Assembly (NCBI GenBank): GCA_027078545.1
Contig: JALWXN010000004.1
Location: 640,001-704,000 of the forward strand
Direction of reading: 5' to 3'
DNA: 64,000 bases
DNA from: Nitrososphaeria archaeon
GTDB lineage: Archaea; Thermoproteota; Nitrososphaeria; Geothermarchaeales; JDFR-13
The notes beneath the pieces were generated by a model. The model had not been told where the DNA came from. It made no database searches and was given only the letters and a program-made list of their open reading frames with translations. Made by a program: the position numbers and the translations under genes. The first letter of the stretch is position 1, and each line of letters starts with the position of its first letter. Positions 8,632-18,496 of the stretch are shown in pieces.

Positions 8632-9671
8632 TGCTTATCACGCAGGAGATCGGTAGTATCCGTAAGCCGAGATACCTGGTCGATAAGTATAGGGAGTATC
8701 TATCGGGGGAGGCTAGCTACGAGTCCCTCCTGCCATATATACGGGGCGCCAGCCTAGACACCCTACGCATGCTCGAGGCCGCAGGCCTAGACTGGGTGTT
8801 CGATGGGGAGATGCATAGGTGGGAGATGTACTACCACCCCATAGTGAACATCGAGGGGATCGAGATAGCTGGTCAGGTCAGGGTATGGGACAACTACTAC
8901 TTCATAAAGGGGAGGGTCGTTGATAGGCCTAGGCTGAAGAGGGACTACCACTATGAGGAGGCTAAGTACATAGTTGGAAACGCCTCCAGGCCGGTAAAGT
9001 TCCCGGTTACGGGGCCCTATACACTGGCGGAGTGGAGCTTCAACGAGTACTACACGAGGGAGCTGGGGGGAATGGGTAGGGATGCCCGTTACGAGGCCAA
9101 GAGGAGGCTTGCGGTAGACCTCGCCAGGGAGGTGATCAACCCGATCCTGAAGAGGCTATCCAGACTGGGGCTTAGGAGGATACAGATAGACGAGCCCGCG
9201 GCGACTACCCATCCGGGGGAGATGGAGATAGTCGTCGAGGCCTTTAGAGAGGCGATTAGGGGGGTTGAGAAGGAGGTCTCCGTCCACATCTGCTACAGCG
9301 ACTATAGGATACTCCTCCCATACATGGATAGGTTCGGCGCTGTCCAGTTCACACTGGAGTTCGCCAACCGCGATAGTTGGGAGCTGGGCCTAGAGGATGA
9401 AAAGAGGATTGGGTATAGCCTACTGAAGGATCTTAGGGAGATGGGGTATGAACTGGAGCTGGGCCTAGGAGTCGTTGATGTCCATGTCGATAGGGTGGAG
9501 CCCCCGGAGCTGGTTAGGGATAGGATCCTCTACGCAGCCAGGTATATCGAGCCTGAGAGGCTATACATCAACCCCGACTGCGGCCTGAGGACGAGGAGTA
9601 GGGACATAGCATACTACAAGCTTAGGAACATGGTTCTCGGAACCCTCATGGCTAGGGAGAGGCTCCTCTAA
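8631..9671 (+). CDS. metE: Cobalamin-independent methionine synthase, catalytic (C-terminal barrel) subunit
   Basis: EIGS, DGEMHR, TGPYT, QIDEPA, with Zn ligands HIC..., LE and NPDCGL. Confidence 0.92.
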   Translation: MLITQEIGSIRKPRYLVDKYREYLSGEASYESLLPYIRGASLDTLRMLEAAGLDWVFDGEMHRWEMYYHPIVNIEGIEIAGQVRVWDNYYFIKGRVVDRPRLKRDYHYEEAKYIVGNASRPVKFPVTGPYTLAEWSFNEYYTRELGGMGRDARYEAKRRLAVDLAREVINPILKRLSRLGLRRIQIDEPAATTHPGEMEIVVEAFREAIRGVEKEVSVHICYSDYRILLPYMDRFGAVQFTLEFANRDSWELGLEDEKRIGYSLLKDLREMGYELELGLGVVDVHVDRVEPPELVRDRILYAARYIEPERLYINPDCGLRTRSRDIAYYKLRNMVLGTLMARERLL

Positions 9672-9717
9672 AAACTTTATTTATAACCCATGACGTGAAA
9701 TAGCCCTCTAAACAGGT

Positions 9718-10383
9718 GTGACTATGGAGTGGGATGTCTCCCAGGCCCCAGCCTATAGCCTCCTGAAGGTCAGGCTTGGGAGTGGGGAGTCTATAACCGC
9801 CGAGCCCGGCGCGTTCATAGCTGGGTTCGGAGACTTCGAGGTTGAGACGAAGACTGGTGGGATACTCCAGGGACTTGCACGTACATTCCTAGGTGGTGAG
9901 TCGCTATTCCTAAACACGTTCAAGGCTAGGGGGGAGGCGGAGCTCTGGTTCGCTCCGGGCCTACCGGGAGACATAAGTTATCAGGAGGTCGATGGTAAGC
10001 TCATCGTCCAGGACTTCAGCTACCTGGCCCACCACGGCGATATAAAGGTCTCCGTCGAGTGGCGCGGCTTCAAGGGGCTGCTGGCCGAGGGCGAGCTGGT
10101 CTGGCTGAAGGTTGAGGGGCGTGGAGGGGTCTGGCTAAACGCATATGGTGGTATAGAGGTTGTCGAGCTGGGTCCGGGCGAGACTATGCAGCTGGACAAC
10201 TTCCACTTCGTGGCTATGGAGCCCTCGATAAGGTATAAGATAAGGAAGTTCGGCGGCTGGAAGAGCTTCTTCCTAGGCGGCGAGGGGATCGTGGCCGAGC
10301 TGATGGGGCCGGGTAAGGTCTATATACAGACCCGTGCACTCCCGCCCTTCATGAACTATATCAGGAAGTTCCTGAGGAGCTAG
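9718..10383 (+). CDS. TIGR00266/AIM24 family protein
   Basis: AEPGA, GGESLFLN, GGEG and GPGKVYIQTR repeat motifs. Confidence 0.9.
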   Translation: MTMEWDVSQAPAYSLLKVRLGSGESITAEPGAFIAGFGDFEVETKTGGILQGLARTFLGGESLFLNTFKARGEAELWFAPGLPGDISYQEVDGKLIVQDFSYLAHHGDIKVSVEWRGFKGLLAEGELVWLKVEGRGGVWLNAYGGIEVVELGPGETMQLDNFHFVAMEPSIRYKIRKFGGWKSFFLGGEGIVAELMGPGKVYIQTRALPPFMNYIRKFLRS

Positions 10384-10799
10384 CCGAACAGCCTCTGATA
10401 CTCCCTCATCATACAGCGGTTCCAGACAACTTTCACCCCTTTATCCCTGGCCTTCTCGGCCTCGGGGTGGTAGATACCCTCCTGTAGCCAGATAACCTTC
10501 ACACCCTTCTTCAACGCCTCCTCGACAACCTTGGGGACCTCCTCTGATGGTCTGAACACGTCTACCAGGTCAACCTCGCCGGGTATCTCTAGGAGGGATT
10601 TGTAGGCCTTGAGCCCTGCAATCTCGTCGGCCACGGGATTCACAGGTATTATCTCGTAGCCCTTCTCCCTGAGGAACATCGGGACGTAGTGGGCGGGCTT
10701 CTCAGGGTTCCTACTCATCCCCACGACGGCTATCCTCTTAACACTCCTATAGATCTCCCTGATCTCATCGTCGGTTAGGCCGTCTGGTGGGATCTCCAT
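10380..10799 (-). CDS. CoA-binding protein (YccU family)
   Basis: IAVVGMS.NPEKP, PVNP, VDVFRP, WLQEG and NRC motifs. Confidence 0.92.
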   Translation of the reverse strand: MEIPPDGLTDDEIREIYRSVKRIAVVGMSRNPEKPAHYVPMFLREKGYEIIPVNPVADEIAGLKAYKSLLEIPGEVDLVDVFRPSEEVPKVVEEALKKGVKVIWLQEGIYHPEAEKARDKGVKVVWNRCMMREYQRLFG

Positions 10800-10881
10800 G
10801 TAAGGCCTAATCGGCTCCCCACCCTATTTAGGGGGGTATATACAGGTATTTGCATATCGTGGGTATGCAATACTTTATAAC

Positions 10882-12078
10882 ATGGCTACACTCTCCAGGA
10901 ACATCCTCGAGATTAGGTATGCTATAAGGGATCTGGTGCCACTGGCCAAGAAGCTTGAGAGGGAGGGTAAGAGGATAATCTACCTAAACATAGGGGACCC
11001 CCTGAAGTATGACTTCGAGACGCCTCGCCATATAATCGAGGCCATGTATAAGGCCTCACTCGAGGGTCATAACTACTACTCCGACTCCCTAGGGATAGAG
11101 GAGCTTAGGGAGGCGATATCCGATAAGCTCAGGGAGCTATATGGTATCGACGTTCCGCCCAGCAGGGTTGTCGTCACTAGTGGTGTCGCAGAGGCTATAA
11201 ACTTTACTTTTAGGGCTCTACTAGACCCTGGGGATGAGGTCCTCGTCCCAGGCCCGGCCTACCCAGCATATATCTCCGCACCGATGATCTACCATGGAAA
11301 GGCGGTTGAGTATAGATGTCCACCCGAGTATGGCTATGCACCTGATCCCGACGACATTAGGAGGAAGATTACTGGGCGTACTAAGGCGATCCTGATAAAC
11401 ACGCCTAACAATCCGACTGGCTCGGTATATCCTGCCAAGACCCTTAGAGAGGTTCTCGATATAGCTGCTGAGCATGGCATCCCAGTCATATCCGACGAGA
11501 TATATGACAGGATCATCCTGGAGGGGGAGTATCACCACCCCTATAGATATGTTGGGGAGGACGTTCTCTACATCGGGCTGAACGGCTTCTCCAAGCAGTA
11601 CCTCATGACCGGCTGGAGACTAGGCTACCTATATGTCTCGGGCCCGGAGGGGGACGTCGATGCATTCATGGAGGCCATAGCTAAGCAGGCCCGTAACAGG
11701 CTCTGCCCCAGTACTCCGGCCCAGTACGGTGGAGTGGCTGCCCTCAGGGGTGGGGATGAGCATCTACACGATATGATTATGAGGCTGAGGAGGAGGATGG
11801 AGACCTTTGTCAAGATGGTGGGTGAGGTGCCCGGTATAGAGGCTGAGATGCCCCGTGCAACCTTCTACGTCTTCCCGAGGATAGACACCTCACTGCTTGG
11901 CGACGATAAGAGCTTCGTGGAGAGGCTATTGGTGGAGGAGGGGGTATATCTCGTCCATGGATCAGGGTTCGGCAGGTATGGTGAGGGCCACTTCAGGGCG
12001 GTGGTACTGGCTCCCGAGGAGCTCCTGGTGGAGGCGGTGGATAGGATATCACGCTTCGTCAGGAGACGCCTATCCTAG
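10882..12078 (+). CDS. PLP-dependent aminotransferase class I/II (AlaA/AspC-like)
   Basis: LNIGDP, NNPTG, SDEIYD and FSKQYLMTGWRLG (PLP lysine). Confidence 0.93.
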   Translation: MATLSRNILEIRYAIRDLVPLAKKLEREGKRIIYLNIGDPLKYDFETPRHIIEAMYKASLEGHNYYSDSLGIEELREAISDKLRELYGIDVPPSRVVVTSGVAEAINFTFRALLDPGDEVLVPGPAYPAYISAPMIYHGKAVEYRCPPEYGYAPDPDDIRRKITGRTKAILINTPNNPTGSVYPAKTLREVLDIAAEHGIPVISDEIYDRIILEGEYHHPYRYVGEDVLYIGLNGFSKQYLMTGWRLGYLYVSGPEGDVDAFMEAIAKQARNRLCPSTPAQYGGVAALRGGDEHLHDMIMRLRRRMETFVKMVGEVPGIEAEMPRATFYVFPRIDTSLLGDDKSFVERLLVEEGVYLVHGSGFGRYGEGHFRAVVLAPEELLVEAVDRISRFVRRRLS

Positions 12079-13263
12079 GAATCCTGGTCTAAGCCTCGCC
12101 GCCACGCGGTACTCATTGTCTAGGATGAGGTATCCGAATACTATCCTGTCGAAGCCATCCACCGGTGTATAGATCGTTATAGACTCGTCCAGCGGGTCTA
12201 GGCTCCTCAGTAGGCCGAGGCCTACAAACCTCTCCCCACGGTAGAGGCCAAGTAGGAGTCCCCCAAGCCTTGATATGTCTATGTACCGGGGCCTAGCCCT
12301 TGTCTGGGGCATAACCTCGGGGATGACCTCCCTATCCCCCTTATAGGCTATGTATAGGGTCTCACCATCCCAATAAGCCCCGAATACCGTGTCCCTATAG
12401 GCCTTGTAGCACATCCTACCCAGCACAGTATTATGGATCTCCACATCGCCAAGCCCCCTCCTCACCTCCCTACCACCTGAGAGGAAACGGTCCAGGTATA
12501 TCCTCCTATAGCTCTGCCTCTCGGCAACCCTCTTCGGCTTTATCGCCTTGGGCCTCTCCATTACGGCTGGGCGATAATCGGCTAGGTCATCAACCAAGTG
12601 CCTCGCCTCTCCGGCCTCCTGTATAACGATTACCTTGTCCGGATCTATCGCCTCAGCCAAGCCTCTCTTAAGGGCTCTCGCCGCTCCACCCCTTATGTAT
12701 CCACAAGTGTTTATGATTAGGTCCTCCACCTCGGCCCTCCTCATAAGGCTTAGTACCCCGACCACGACCTGTAGGAGGTGGCCCGTAGGCGTTATATCCC
12801 CTATGAAGTATGCATCTGTAAGTCCGATATCCATGTAGCTGGTGTACTGCCTATCCATATGGGCATACCCGATCGTGCCCGGCGGCCCGATGTCCGACTG
12901 GCCGAGGTCAGTATCTATGATACCCGTCTCCACCCCCAGGCCGACTAGGTAGTTGGCTAGGAAGAGGGTGAGCCCACTCTTCCCAGTATCCACATCCCCT
13001 ATGATGAGGATCTTCTCCCCAGGCGAGGTCTTCCCTGCGAGAGCTCTCCACTCCCTTGGAATGGGGTCCTCATCCATAGATACTATGTAGAGTGCTCCCG
13101 AGACCTCGGCATATCCATCATGTATCGATACTGGGCTCTGCCTATTGGCTGGGACCTTGAAGCTGGTCTCCACCACCTCGGCACCGAAGACCTCTGCCCT
13201 GCCATACACCCTGATCTCGGCTGGGCCTCCAATAACGTAGTGCCCCGGCTCTAGCCTAGACAT
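12070..13263 (-). CDS. clp1: Clp1/Grc3-family polynucleotide 5'-hydroxyl kinase
   Basis: Walker A GDVDTGKS, DTDLGQSDIGPPGTI, INTCG and RQSYR lid. Confidence 0.88.
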   Translation of the reverse strand: MSRLEPGHYVIGGPAEIRVYGRAEVFGAEVVETSFKVPANRQSPVSIHDGYAEVSGALYIVSMDEDPIPREWRALAGKTSPGEKILIIGDVDTGKSGLTLFLANYLVGLGVETGIIDTDLGQSDIGPPGTIGYAHMDRQYTSYMDIGLTDAYFIGDITPTGHLLQVVVGVLSLMRRAEVEDLIINTCGYIRGGAARALKRGLAEAIDPDKVIVIQEAGEARHLVDDLADYRPAVMERPKAIKPKRVAERQSYRRIYLDRFLSGGREVRRGLGDVEIHNTVLGRMCYKAYRDTVFGAYWDGETLYIAYKGDREVIPEVMPQTRARPRYIDISRLGGLLLGLYRGERFVGLGLLRSLDPLDESITIYTPVDGFDRIVFGYLILDNEYRVAARLRPGFLG

Positions 13264-13351
13264 CCATATCTACACCTTTTAAACGGCTCCATACCTGTTT
13301 AGGGACACTAATTAATTTCTCGATGAGGCAATATATGACCAGTGACCCGGG

Positions 13352-13840
13352 ATGGACAAGCTATACGCAGGCCGTGTGGCTAGGTGCCACCAATACGTTG
13401 AGGAGATGGTCTCCCACATAGCTGAGATGGTTGCCGAGAGGGTTGAGGACCCGATACTAAGGAGCGTCGCGAGGCTGATCAGCGTCGACTCTAGGAAGCA
13501 TAGCATGATACTCTCCGACATAGCCGACCTACTGGGTGTTGAGAAGTTCCCAACAAACGACTGTAGCCGCTACTCAGGCGCTGCCTACGGCTTCATGGGC
13601 TACCTAAGGGAGATGGCGGAGAAGGCCTCTAGGATAGGGAGTGACGAGGAGGGGCTGGAGATCCTGGAGTCTGTGACCGACGTATTGACCTCCATAGCCA
13701 TGGCCGACAGGACATTAATAACAGAGGGGCTTGAGGGCGGTGTGAAGAAGTACTTCATAACACTCCTTCTTAGCATGGATGACGACGACCTGAGGCATAT
13801 AACGCTGTTAAGAGAGTATCGAAATACTCGTGAGAGTTGA
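13352..13840 (+). CDS. Hypothetical protein, possible degenerate ferritin-like four-helix bundle
   Basis: Helical 162-aa ORF with DSRKH and DDLRH in ExxH-like positions. Confidence 0.5.
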   Translation: MDKLYAGRVARCHQYVEEMVSHIAEMVAERVEDPILRSVARLISVDSRKHSMILSDIADLLGVEKFPTNDCSRYSGAAYGFMGYLREMAEKASRIGSDEEGLEILESVTDVLTSIAMADRTLITEGLEGGVKKYFITLLLSMDDDDLRHITLLREYRNTRES

Positions 13841-13946
13841 TATTAAATCCATATTTTTTCAATGTTTTTAAGTTTCAATTGTCTAAAAATGGAAAATTTG
13901 GTCTTATTAAAACTTTAAATATTGATTGCTAAGGAATCTTATTCAC

Positions 13947-16900
13947 ATGCTGAAACACTTTCTTGCTTTCCTTACAATCCTAATTCTGGGAATCAGCATA
14001 CTCCCTACCAGTAACGTTGCTGTAGAGGCTGCATGGGCAGGTAACGACCCCAGCATCAACTACGACTTCTACATCGAGCAGCTAGCGTCCCAGTTCATTG
14101 ACAGGCTTGAGGATGAGAGGCCTATCGACGAGGTTCTCTACAGGATCAAGAGGCCTATAGAAGTCATAGTCTTCCTGCGTGAGGGCTTCGACCTACCAAA
14201 GCTAGAAGGCCTCTTCCTCACCTTCAGGTACCTACCAGGTATAAGTGGAGTAGTAGTGGCGACTGGGACGATAAAGCCCGGCGCCGTAGAGGTACTGGAG
14301 AACAACAATGATGTTCTAGGTGTAATGATCGATGCTCCTCTAAGCGGTGACAGCTATGCTGAGGATGAGTTTCAGCTAAGGCTGAGCTTTGTCCTGGGCG
14401 AGATATCTATACAGGAGTACGTGGATAGGCTGGCTGAGCTGAAGAGGAAGAGGTATGAGGAGCTCTTGAGTGGCCAGTCTCAGGACTATCGGGGAGGGAT
14501 GATGGATCCAAGGCCCAACATGGTCTTTGTAGACGATATAGTGGGGATAAACCAGCTGGTTGGAGCCAACCCGTTGAAGAGCCGTTATAACGGTACAGGG
14601 GTGACGATAGGCATTGTGGACGAGTCGGTCGACTTCGGCTCCTTCGGCCTCTTCTCTTGGAAGGGTAAGATGGCTAGGGACCCGGCTACGGGGATAGTCA
14701 CATCCTTCAACCCGGAATATGAGAGGCTAGTCTTGACAAACGTCACGGCCGTGGCATACAGCTCTGGGGGAGATGTCTACTTAGACACCTTCGGAACAAA
14801 CCCAGCCGTCGTATTGTCTTATGGATGGGTTACATCATACCGAGACCTAACCGGCTGGCCATTCATGATCGACTTAAAAGTTACAGGAATAATGAACCCC
14901 GGCGACACTGCAAAGTTCGGAATGATATACGACATTTGGGGTGTAAATGTATGGGTCCCAGTAATAGTTATAGACTCAGACAATGACGGTAACTATGACA
15001 CCGCCTATGTTGATGCTTCATCAGAGTTTAAGCAGAGGTGGGGTATGTCCCCAGATTGGGACCTCTCTGACGAGGTGCCTCTCAGAGCTAATGACATGGC
15101 GGTAGCCATATATGACCATAATGGTGATGGATATCCAGAGCAGTCCTCAGGCTCGCTTGCTTGGGGCCTTGACTTCATGTGTTCCCTCCTAGCTACAGCT
15201 CCATCAAACCCTGATGCATGTGGAGTGCTGGAGCCTATCGATGATGACGGTGATTATGTTGTCCTCCTCTTTAATAGTAATAGGCTGGGCCATGGAACCC
15301 AGTTAGCTAGTGTAGCGGCAGCTGTAGACGACTTCACAGGTATGACTGTAAACAATGTGTTTGAGATAGATGTCATAGAGATCCCGGTCGCACCATACAC
15401 TTATAGCTCGGGGATAGCGCCAAACGCTAGCATACTCTCAACCAACGTGGAATATCCCTACAATAGGTATGTCGAGTCAATACTATGGACAGCTGGCTTC
15501 GACCTGGTTACACCGGCCTCAGACCTCTTCGTAGGCTACTACGGATACGTCTATGGAGAGTGGAGATACACGGGTAATCATAAGGCTGATGTAGTGATAA
15601 TAGCATGGGACTGGTGGCATAGGGAGCACTGGAGCCTTAACTGGTATGCATATGGACCCCGCTTCCTAACCCTCCTAATCGATGCCCTCTCAGTACCTGG
15701 CTACCTAGATCCGGCATACCCAGGGACCCTCTTTGTATTATCGGCTGGTAACCATGGGACTGGCCAGGGAAGCATCAACTTGCCCTCATTCTCAATGTTC
15801 GGCCTCACAGTAGGTGCCTCGACATCCTATGAATACGAGGCCTATGTAACCAGTGTCGAGGACGGTGGATACAACGATACCGTGGCTAGCTTCTCCAGTG
15901 CTGGTCCAACCTTTATGGGTAATGTTGAGCCAGAGATCTTGGGTGTAGGAGCCAATGCGATGGTGCCTACCGATGTAGAATATTCCGTGGCCTATACCTA
16001 CTACCAATTCTCGACCCTAAACGGGAGTGTCCTTGTAAGCTTCAGCGGTACCAGCATGGCGGCGGGCGTGGTGGCCGGTGTAGCGGCAATCGTTATCCAG
16101 GCTTACCGGGAGGTACACGGTGTTGACCCATCACCAGACGAGGTTAAGAGGATATTGATGAAGTCGGCCGACGACCTTGGGCTGCCAGTATCCCTACAGG
16201 GTGCGGGTAGGGTCAACGCGTATAAGGCTGTCATGGAGGTCCTCAACAGTAAGCCGGACATATACTCCCCCACCACTGGCCAAAGGTTTGCCCAGCGTGC
16301 CTTCCTACCATTCATGATCAGGGCTGGAGGAACACTTGGAGACAATTCCCACCTATACCTAGATGACCCCAACCAGCTCTTGGCTGCGGCCCAGAACTGG
16401 TATGAATACTCGCTCTTCGACTGGTTCGGACTGGGAGACAGCGTCGCGAGTTATCCCGCTCTAACCATCGATAATAGCCTTGGAGCGACAAGCGTGACGT
16501 ATAATCTCGATGTGGTGAGGGCTGAGCTCGTCCATGAGGAGACGATAACGGTGCCCTTCAACAGTCCGCCGGGCCTCTCCGTTGTTCAGACAATTACCCC
16601 ATGGTCGGGAGCCTATGACTTCATGATGATCTTCATAGACATGAACTACAGCATAATGGATGATAGTGATGATCCCTGGTCGACTGAATACCGTTTTCGT
16701 GTTAGAGTACTTGACTGGATCGATAATGGAGACTCGGTGCTCGACCCTTCAACAGACACCCTTTACAAGATAGATTGGGGCTCTAGCTACTACACCCCAT
16801 CCAACACCCAGGCCATCTACGTGCCGAAGCATATCATTGATAATCTCCAGGGCCAGCTGACGGTGGTTATATATGAGACCGGGAATGGCCATACCCACCC

Positions 16901-18263
16901 ACTGAGCGAGGAGGTTAATATCCATGTCAAGTACTGGAAACATCAGCAGCATCCATGGATAACGCCATCTACGCCATCAATAACCGTTCCAGCTGGAGGG
17001 GTTGGCACTGTAACCCTAGACATCAACGTACCTACCAACATAGCTCCCGACACTGAGCAGGGATACATAATCCTCGACGATCCAGCCACCCCAGAGGTCG
17101 ACTATAAGGTGCCCTTCAGCTTCATACTCTACATGAGGACTAGGGCCACCGCCGGGCTCGTAGATCCAGTGTTAGACGAGCCATATGGCGATAACTTCCT
17201 ACAGGTCAACTGGTTCTATGGACTGTTCTTCTTCGGCGACTATGTATCTGGTGATAGGCGTGCATGGTTCCTACAGTATCTCGGCGACCCTGAGCAGAGA
17301 ACCTTCGGTATCTATGCCTATACAGAGTGGAACAGCTACCTAGCGGATATAGACATGTTCAGCATCGATGCAGGGCTGAGGATAAACGACGGGAGTGCTG
17401 ACCATAACTGGGGCTATCAGCCAGAGAAGATCACGAGGCTAGGGCCTAGGAGCGAGATGGTCGCGATAGCTCCCTGGCCGATGGCCACAGCGCTCACTGG
17501 AGGTGCACCAGATACTATCTGGCTATACCAACACATATATGACGCCGAGGGCGTACAGTTCGCCAACCACTCTGTACGCTACGCCAAGCTACGCTGGGGC
17601 AACGGGACAACCTTCAACGAGACTGATATAACCGTGACACCGGTAACTGGTGGTGTGAACGTCACGATCCCAATATTCATAGAGACGGGTGTAAACCTCT
17701 CCAATATCCAGTTCTTCGGGTTCCAGGCTGATCCAGGCATCGCTGTAGCCGTCACGCCCAGCACCGCCTCGGCAATAGCATTCTCAAACAACAACATGGT
17801 GACCCTGAGCCTCTTCATACCGGACAATGTCCTCCGCCAGGTATCGAGCACTGGCGCCATGGAGTTCGACTTCAACTTCAGCGTCACGGCTGACTACCTC
17901 CCATACAGCACCCTCTTCATGATGCGGGTCAAGGTGCAGCCATTCCCACTACCCCTAAGGGCGATGGTGCAGACCGGTGACGGTATATACTGGCTCGACA
18001 TAGGCTCCTTCACCGGCTGGATATACAGGATCTGGTACTACGAATACGACCCCGGAGCAGAGGTCTTCGGGAGCGAGGTGGGCTACACACATAGATGGCC
18101 AGTAAGGGTTACAAGCGTATTCGCTAACAAAGACTTTGGGATAGTCAGGGCGGTTGTAGGGGTCAGGCTCAACGACGGTAACATGGGATGGTTCCCAATC
18201 ACGATCATCGTCTGGCGCAACACCGACGAGGTTTGGCTACTAGGAGCCAACATCCTGGTTTGA
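13947..18263 (+). CDS. Large secreted S8 (subtilisin/pyrolysin-like) serine peptidase, paralog A
   Basis: Signal peptide; triad D (IVDESVD, 14619), H (GHGT, 15291), S (GTSMA, 16053); oxyanion SAGN; QGAGRVN. ATG 13947 is preferred over TTG 13926. Confidence 0.9.
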   Translation: MLKHFLAFLTILILGISILPTSNVAVEAAWAGNDPSINYDFYIEQLASQFIDRLEDERPIDEVLYRIKRPIEVIVFLREGFDLPKLEGLFLTFRYLPGISGVVVATGTIKPGAVEVLENNNDVLGVMIDAPLSGDSYAEDEFQLRLSFVLGEISIQEYVDRLAELKRKRYEELLSGQSQDYRGGMMDPRPNMVFVDDIVGINQLVGANPLKSRYNGTGVTIGIVDESVDFGSFGLFSWKGKMARDPATGIVTSFNPEYERLVLTNVTAVAYSSGGDVYLDTFGTNPAVVLSYGWVTSYRDLTGWPFMIDLKVTGIMNPGDTAKFGMIYDIWGVNVWVPVIVIDSDNDGNYDTAYVDASSEFKQRWGMSPDWDLSDEVPLRANDMAVAIYDHNGDGYPEQSSGSLAWGLDFMCSLLATAPSNPDACGVLEPIDDDGDYVVLLFNSNRLGHGTQLASVAAAVDDFTGMTVNNVFEIDVIEIPVAPYTYSSGIAPNASILSTNVEYPYNRYVESILWTAGFDLVTPASDLFVGYYGYVYGEWRYTGNHKADVVIIAWDWWHREHWSLNWYAYGPRFLTLLIDALSVPGYLDPAYPGTLFVLSAGNHGTGQGSINLPSFSMFGLTVGASTSYEYEAYVTSVEDGGYNDTVASFSSAGPTFMGNVEPEILGVGANAMVPTDVEYSVAYTYYQFSTLNGSVLVSFSGTSMAAGVVAGVAAIVIQAYREVHGVDPSPDEVKRILMKSADDLGLPVSLQGAGRVNAYKAVMEVLNSKPDIYSPTTGQRFAQRAFLPFMIRAGGTLGDNSHLYLDDPNQLLAAAQNWYEYSLFDWFGLGDSVASYPALTIDNSLGATSVTYNLDVVRAELVHEETITVPFNSPPGLSVVQTITPWSGAYDFMMIFIDMNYSIMDDSDDPWSTEYRFRVRVLDWIDNGDSVLDPSTDTLYKIDWGSSYYTPSNTQAIYVPKHIIDNLQGQLTVVIYETGNGHTHPLSEEVNIHVKYWKHQQHPWITPSTPSITVPAGGVGTVTLDINVPTNIAPDTEQGYIILDDPATPEVDYKVPFSFILYMRTRATAGLVDPVLDEPYGDNFLQVNWFYGLFFFGDYVSGDRRAWFLQYLGDPEQRTFGIYAYTEWNSYLADIDMFSIDAGLRINDGSADHNWGYQPEKITRLGPRSEMVAIAPWPMATALTGGAPDTIWLYQHIYDAEGVQFANHSVRYAKLRWGNGTTFNETDITVTPVTGGVNVTIPIFIETGVNLSNIQFFGFQADPGIAVAVTPSTASAIAFSNNNMVTLSLFIPDNVLRQVSSTGAMEFDFNFSVTADYLPYSTLFMMRVKVQPFPLPLRAMVQTGDGIYWLDIGSFTGWIYRIWYYEYDPGAEVFGSEVGYTHRWPVRVTSVFANKDFGIVRAVVGVRLNDGNMGWFPITIIVWRNTDEVWLLGANILV

Positions 18264-18270
18264 ACCCCCT

Positions 18271-18292
18271 TCTTTTTAACTTTTCCCTTTTT
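18271..18292 (+). terminator. Pyrimidine/oligo-T terminator after S8 paralog A
   Basis: tctttttaacttttcccttttt immediately after the stop codon. Confidence 0.5.
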
Positions 18293-18496
18293 ACGCTCTT
18301 CACTAACACTGATCCTATCCATCCACTCCAACTCAGATCTCAATGTTAAGCATATCCCATGAGTGTTTTTTTTTTTGGGCTAACTAAAATCTTCATCTAG
18401 CCGTATAGTCCTGATTCGACACACTAGACCTCTGTATTAAAATAAAGGTATATATGACTATATCTTTATATAGCCCGTGTAACAGAATTAGATTAC

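Noticed and set aside
17103-17128. 26-nt exact match with 21635-21660 as a DGR template/variable repeat or recent gene conversion
   Set aside because: It is the homologous YKVPFSFIL coding position in two paralogs. There is no reverse transcriptase and no adenine-specific variation, and the flanks are synonymously diverged.
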